Source: Azolla caroliniana (taxonomy: Eukaryota; Plantae; Polypodiophyta). From it: a DNA stretch of 64,000 nucleotides. Below the pieces are notes generated by a model that saw only the letters and a list, made by a program, of their open reading frames with translations, was not told the DNA's origin and searched no databases. The stretch spans positions 5,704,001-5,768,000 of the forward strand of contig JBHGNT010000009.1 in NCBI GenBank assembly GCA_043228905.1, in the 5' to 3' direction. Positions 60,896-64,000 of this stretch are shown in pieces; the stretch's first letter is position 1, and every line of letters begins with the position of its first letter. A program made the translations under genes and the position numbers.

Positions 60896-61936
60896 TGTTG
60901 GCCGGTCAGAAGAGCAAGGACAAGTGGGAAGGCGGAATCGGATCGGATAATAGGAAGTAAATAATAGTAGAATTATTATTCGGAGGGACGGATCCGGTAC
61001 AGTTGTACCGATCCGGATCCGGACCGATTCGGATGTCGGTTGCCTAAGCGCACCGATTGTAACCTTGCCGGATGCCTATAAAAGGATCCGATGATTTGTA
61101 AAGTTTTTTGACGGAAGTAATACAATAGTAATTATTGCGTGCTTATCTGTATCTCGTATTGTTTACCGTCTGTGCTTAATTGTAATCATCTTACGCGTGT
61201 AACCTAGCATCCAATCCTTACCACCCCTTTGGAGAAGTGTCGGATAGACACCTGTGTTGAGGCTAGTCCGGCCAGACAGACAACACTATTTTGGCGACCA
61301 CGATTCCTGCAAAGTGCAGAGGACAACCGGGGGATGGATGTCTAGACCAAACGATGACCACATCACCGAACGAGGGAGACGATACACCGAACGCGAGCAA
61401 CGACGGGAAGCCCTACAGCAAGCCGTCGACGAGATCCGGCGGGATCGGTCATTCTCCAAAACTCTTCGGAGAGTCGCAGAAGAAGCACTGCAGTTCCGGG
61501 TTCTGCAAATCCCCGACGAAGGCAGTAGCATAACAAGCCTGCAAGAGGCGGAAACGATACTGCAGACGCTCGCCGCGGGCGACGGGGACTCGGAAGCATT
61601 CGCAACACTTGAGGCGGAGTCGGAAAGCGACGGAAGCGTTGCATCCCGATATAAAAGCAGCCACGACACACCAAACGACCGGGAGGACGAGGGGTCGGAA
61701 GACTCAGTAACACCGGCGCCAGAGGAAGAAATAACCCTGGAATTCGGTGACCGGCAACCGCCGAGGAAGGCTGAGCGGATACCGACAACACCCGCGGAGG
61801 AACCAACGGACCGGACACCGGCAACACCCGCGGAGGAACCAAAGGTTCTCACACCAACGCCAACAGCGGACAGAGAGCGGAGGAAACAGGAGAGTCAGTT
61901 GGACGACACGATGCCGTACCCATACCCAAAGTACCG

Positions 61937-62424
61937 GGATGAGGCCGACGTGGAGGCACACGTGTACGCATTCCTCCAAACATGGGAAGCCAACCATATC
62001 TCCCAAAGACTGACGGAGCCCGAAGCCGAACGATCCAAAATCGCCGAATTCGGCATAACCTTAGAAGGACCGGCGGCCCAATGGCACGCAAAGCACTTAC
62101 CAGGCACCTTTGCCACATTCGATGCCTTGAAGGCCAGATTCCTCAGGTTTTTTCACAGACAATTTGAGCAAAAGGAATTGGGATGAGGCCGACGCGGAGG
62201 CACACGTGTACGCATTCCTCCAAACATGGGAAGCCAACCATATCTCCCAAAGACTGACGGAGCCCGAAGCCGAACGATCCAAAATCGCCGAATTCGGCAT
62301 AACCTTAGAAGGACCGGCGGCCCAATGGCACGCAAAGCACTTACCAGGCACCTTTGCCACATTCGATGCCTTGAAGGCCAGATTCCTCAGGTTTTTTCAC
62401 AGACAATTTGAGCAAAAGGAATTG
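61937..62424 (+). repeat. 244-bp tandem duplication
   Basis: 61937-62180 versus 62181-62424; one mismatch seen. Confidence 0.95.
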
Positions 62425-62950
62425 GTCGGGCAGTTCTACACCACCCGGCAGGAAGAGAACGAGACTATGCCACAATTCATCATTCGGTTCCAGACCCTGC
62501 ACAGCTAGCTGACAAGAGCACCACCCGAAGACGAAGCCAAAGCAGTCTTTCTGGCCGCACTAAAAGAGCCACTTCGAACAATGTGCGGAGTCCTTGATTT
62601 CCAAACCAGCACAATGGACCAAGTTATTGATCGGGTTTTAGAAATGGACAAGACTAGCCCCTTCTTGTCGATGGGGATGTTACATCGGGCACTCCCAAAG
62701 GAGGAAGACCTGAGGTTCCGACAGGCCTTACAATGTACAACATGCCTAAATTCGGGGCACTCAACAGTAGACTGCACCCTGCGGACACAATGTGTGATCT
62801 GCAACTCTCGAGCCCATACAACGGACCGATGCGAATATAACCTGTTAAATCGGCAGGCAGCACCGGTTCGACACATAGAACCGCGCAATCAGAACCCGGA
62901 CGAGGATCGATTCCGGAGAGACGACCGCTACCAACGCGAACGCGGTAACA

Positions 62951-63203
62951 GATACGCTGATAGAAGACGCGACAACTATGACCGAGAGGAGAGACGCAGA
63001 GATAGCTACCCCCGGGACCGGTACGACAGAGACGAATCCCCGGAAGACGACCGACGCAGAGAAGAGAGGCGACAAGGATACGCTGATAGAAGACGCGACA
63101 ACTATGACCGAGAGGAGAGATGCACAGATAGCTACCCCCGGGACCGGTACGACCGAGACGAAGCCCCGGAATACGACCGACGCAGAGAAGAGAGGCGACA
63201 AGG
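62951..63203 (+). repeat. In-frame 126-bp tandem repeat encoding an R/D/E-rich 42-aa unit
   Basis: Units start at 62951 and 63077 (YADRRRDNYDREE..). Confidence 0.9.
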
Positions 63204-64000
63204 GAACCGAAATTTCCGACGGAATCAGAAGCATGGATTTTTCCGAAGAGAGGAACGTTGGGAGGCAGCAAGGAATGACAACCCGGTATCGGTACCGGAT
63301 AACCGAAAAACCGAAGACGACCGCCGGAGCATACCCACCCTCCAAACCGGGGACAAAGCAGAAACGAGCAACAGTCACAAGGTGTACTGTTATTACTGCC
63401 GCAAGGAAGGCCACTAGAGTAACCAATGCCCAAGCAAAAGCTATGACAAGCAGCCGGAAGTCAACATGGTTACAGCCGAAATAACAGAAGTACAGCAGGT
63501 CACAACCCGGTCAAAGGGAAAGACCGCCGAGTGGGAAGCCCAGGAGGCAATCAGAAAACAAGCGACACAATGGATCAAGGAGGCCAATGAACAGAATGCG
63601 GCAGAAGTAAGAGACCAAAATATGCCAAAAGACGAAGAAATCATACAGCCAGGAGAAAACCCGACGTGGCAAGCGCTACAGGACTATCAAATCGTGCTGC
63701 CGTTAGCACGACTACTACAGTTAGTGCCACGATTTACGGCAGACCTACAGGCATCCGTCAGCAAACCGAAGCCGACGCCAACACCGGCATTCTTCTCCAA
63801 CCCGGAGGAAGGACCAGCGGTGGTCGATACAAGTAGCCCGGCAATCACGGCAATCGTGAAAGGAAAGGAAATTGCTGGAACGATTATTGACGGAGGCTCC
63901 GGGGTAAATGTCATCAGCCAACAGACATGCAACGACCTGGGCATCCGGGAATGGGAACCATGCCCCTTCTGGTTACGCATGGTGGATACTAGCTCAGTCC

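Larger units (their letters stand above)
60896..64000 (+). mobile_element. Tat/Athila-like Gypsy I, 5' part (LTR 60896-61285, tRNA-Arg-type PBS, gag, protease)
   Basis: TGTTG..CAACA; PBS TGGCGACCAC at 61292-61301; gag LEGPAAQWH; three CCHC knuckles; protease IIDGGSGVNVI at ~63883-63915. Confidence 0.85.
61338..64000 (+). pseudogene. gag: Element I gag-protease with frameshifting duplication and stops
   Basis: ORFs 61254-62186, 62164-62508 and 62581-63417, continuing past a TAG to the protease motif. Confidence 0.82.

Overview
This window looks like eukaryotic heterochromatin, probably from a non-seed land plant (fern, lycophyte or bryophyte; this is an inference from the element types). I find no host gene. 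It is almost entirely nested LTR retrotransposons, which I label with letters. Ty1/Copia elements with tRNA-iMet PBS: family B (B1 557-5784; a three-LTR tandem at 17877-24963; relics at 53.7-54.8k, 55.5-56.4k and 60.3-60.9k), Tnt1/Tork-like family C (C1, C2, C3) and element J. Ty3/Gypsy elements with tRNA-Trp PBS: A, D, E, G, the gag-only F, and LTR relics such as H. There is also a decayed chromovirus carrying an array of ~50-bp palindromes, and a Tat-like element I with a tRNA-Arg PBS. Element E (37750-45210, minus strand) looks intact. Main signals: (1) LTRs of four divergent Trp-primed Gypsy elements carry tRNA-like Pol III A-box/B-box cassettes, with a constant 43-nt spacing in the antisense units; (2) a conserved GGAUUUU slippery site plus pseudoknot predicts a -1 frameshift after the protease; (3) this family inserts into CpG-centred 4-bp targets; (4) Copia B has a stem-loop enclosing the PPT and a post-RNase H tail that seems derived from an old PPT/LTR. 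All alignments and counts were done by eye.
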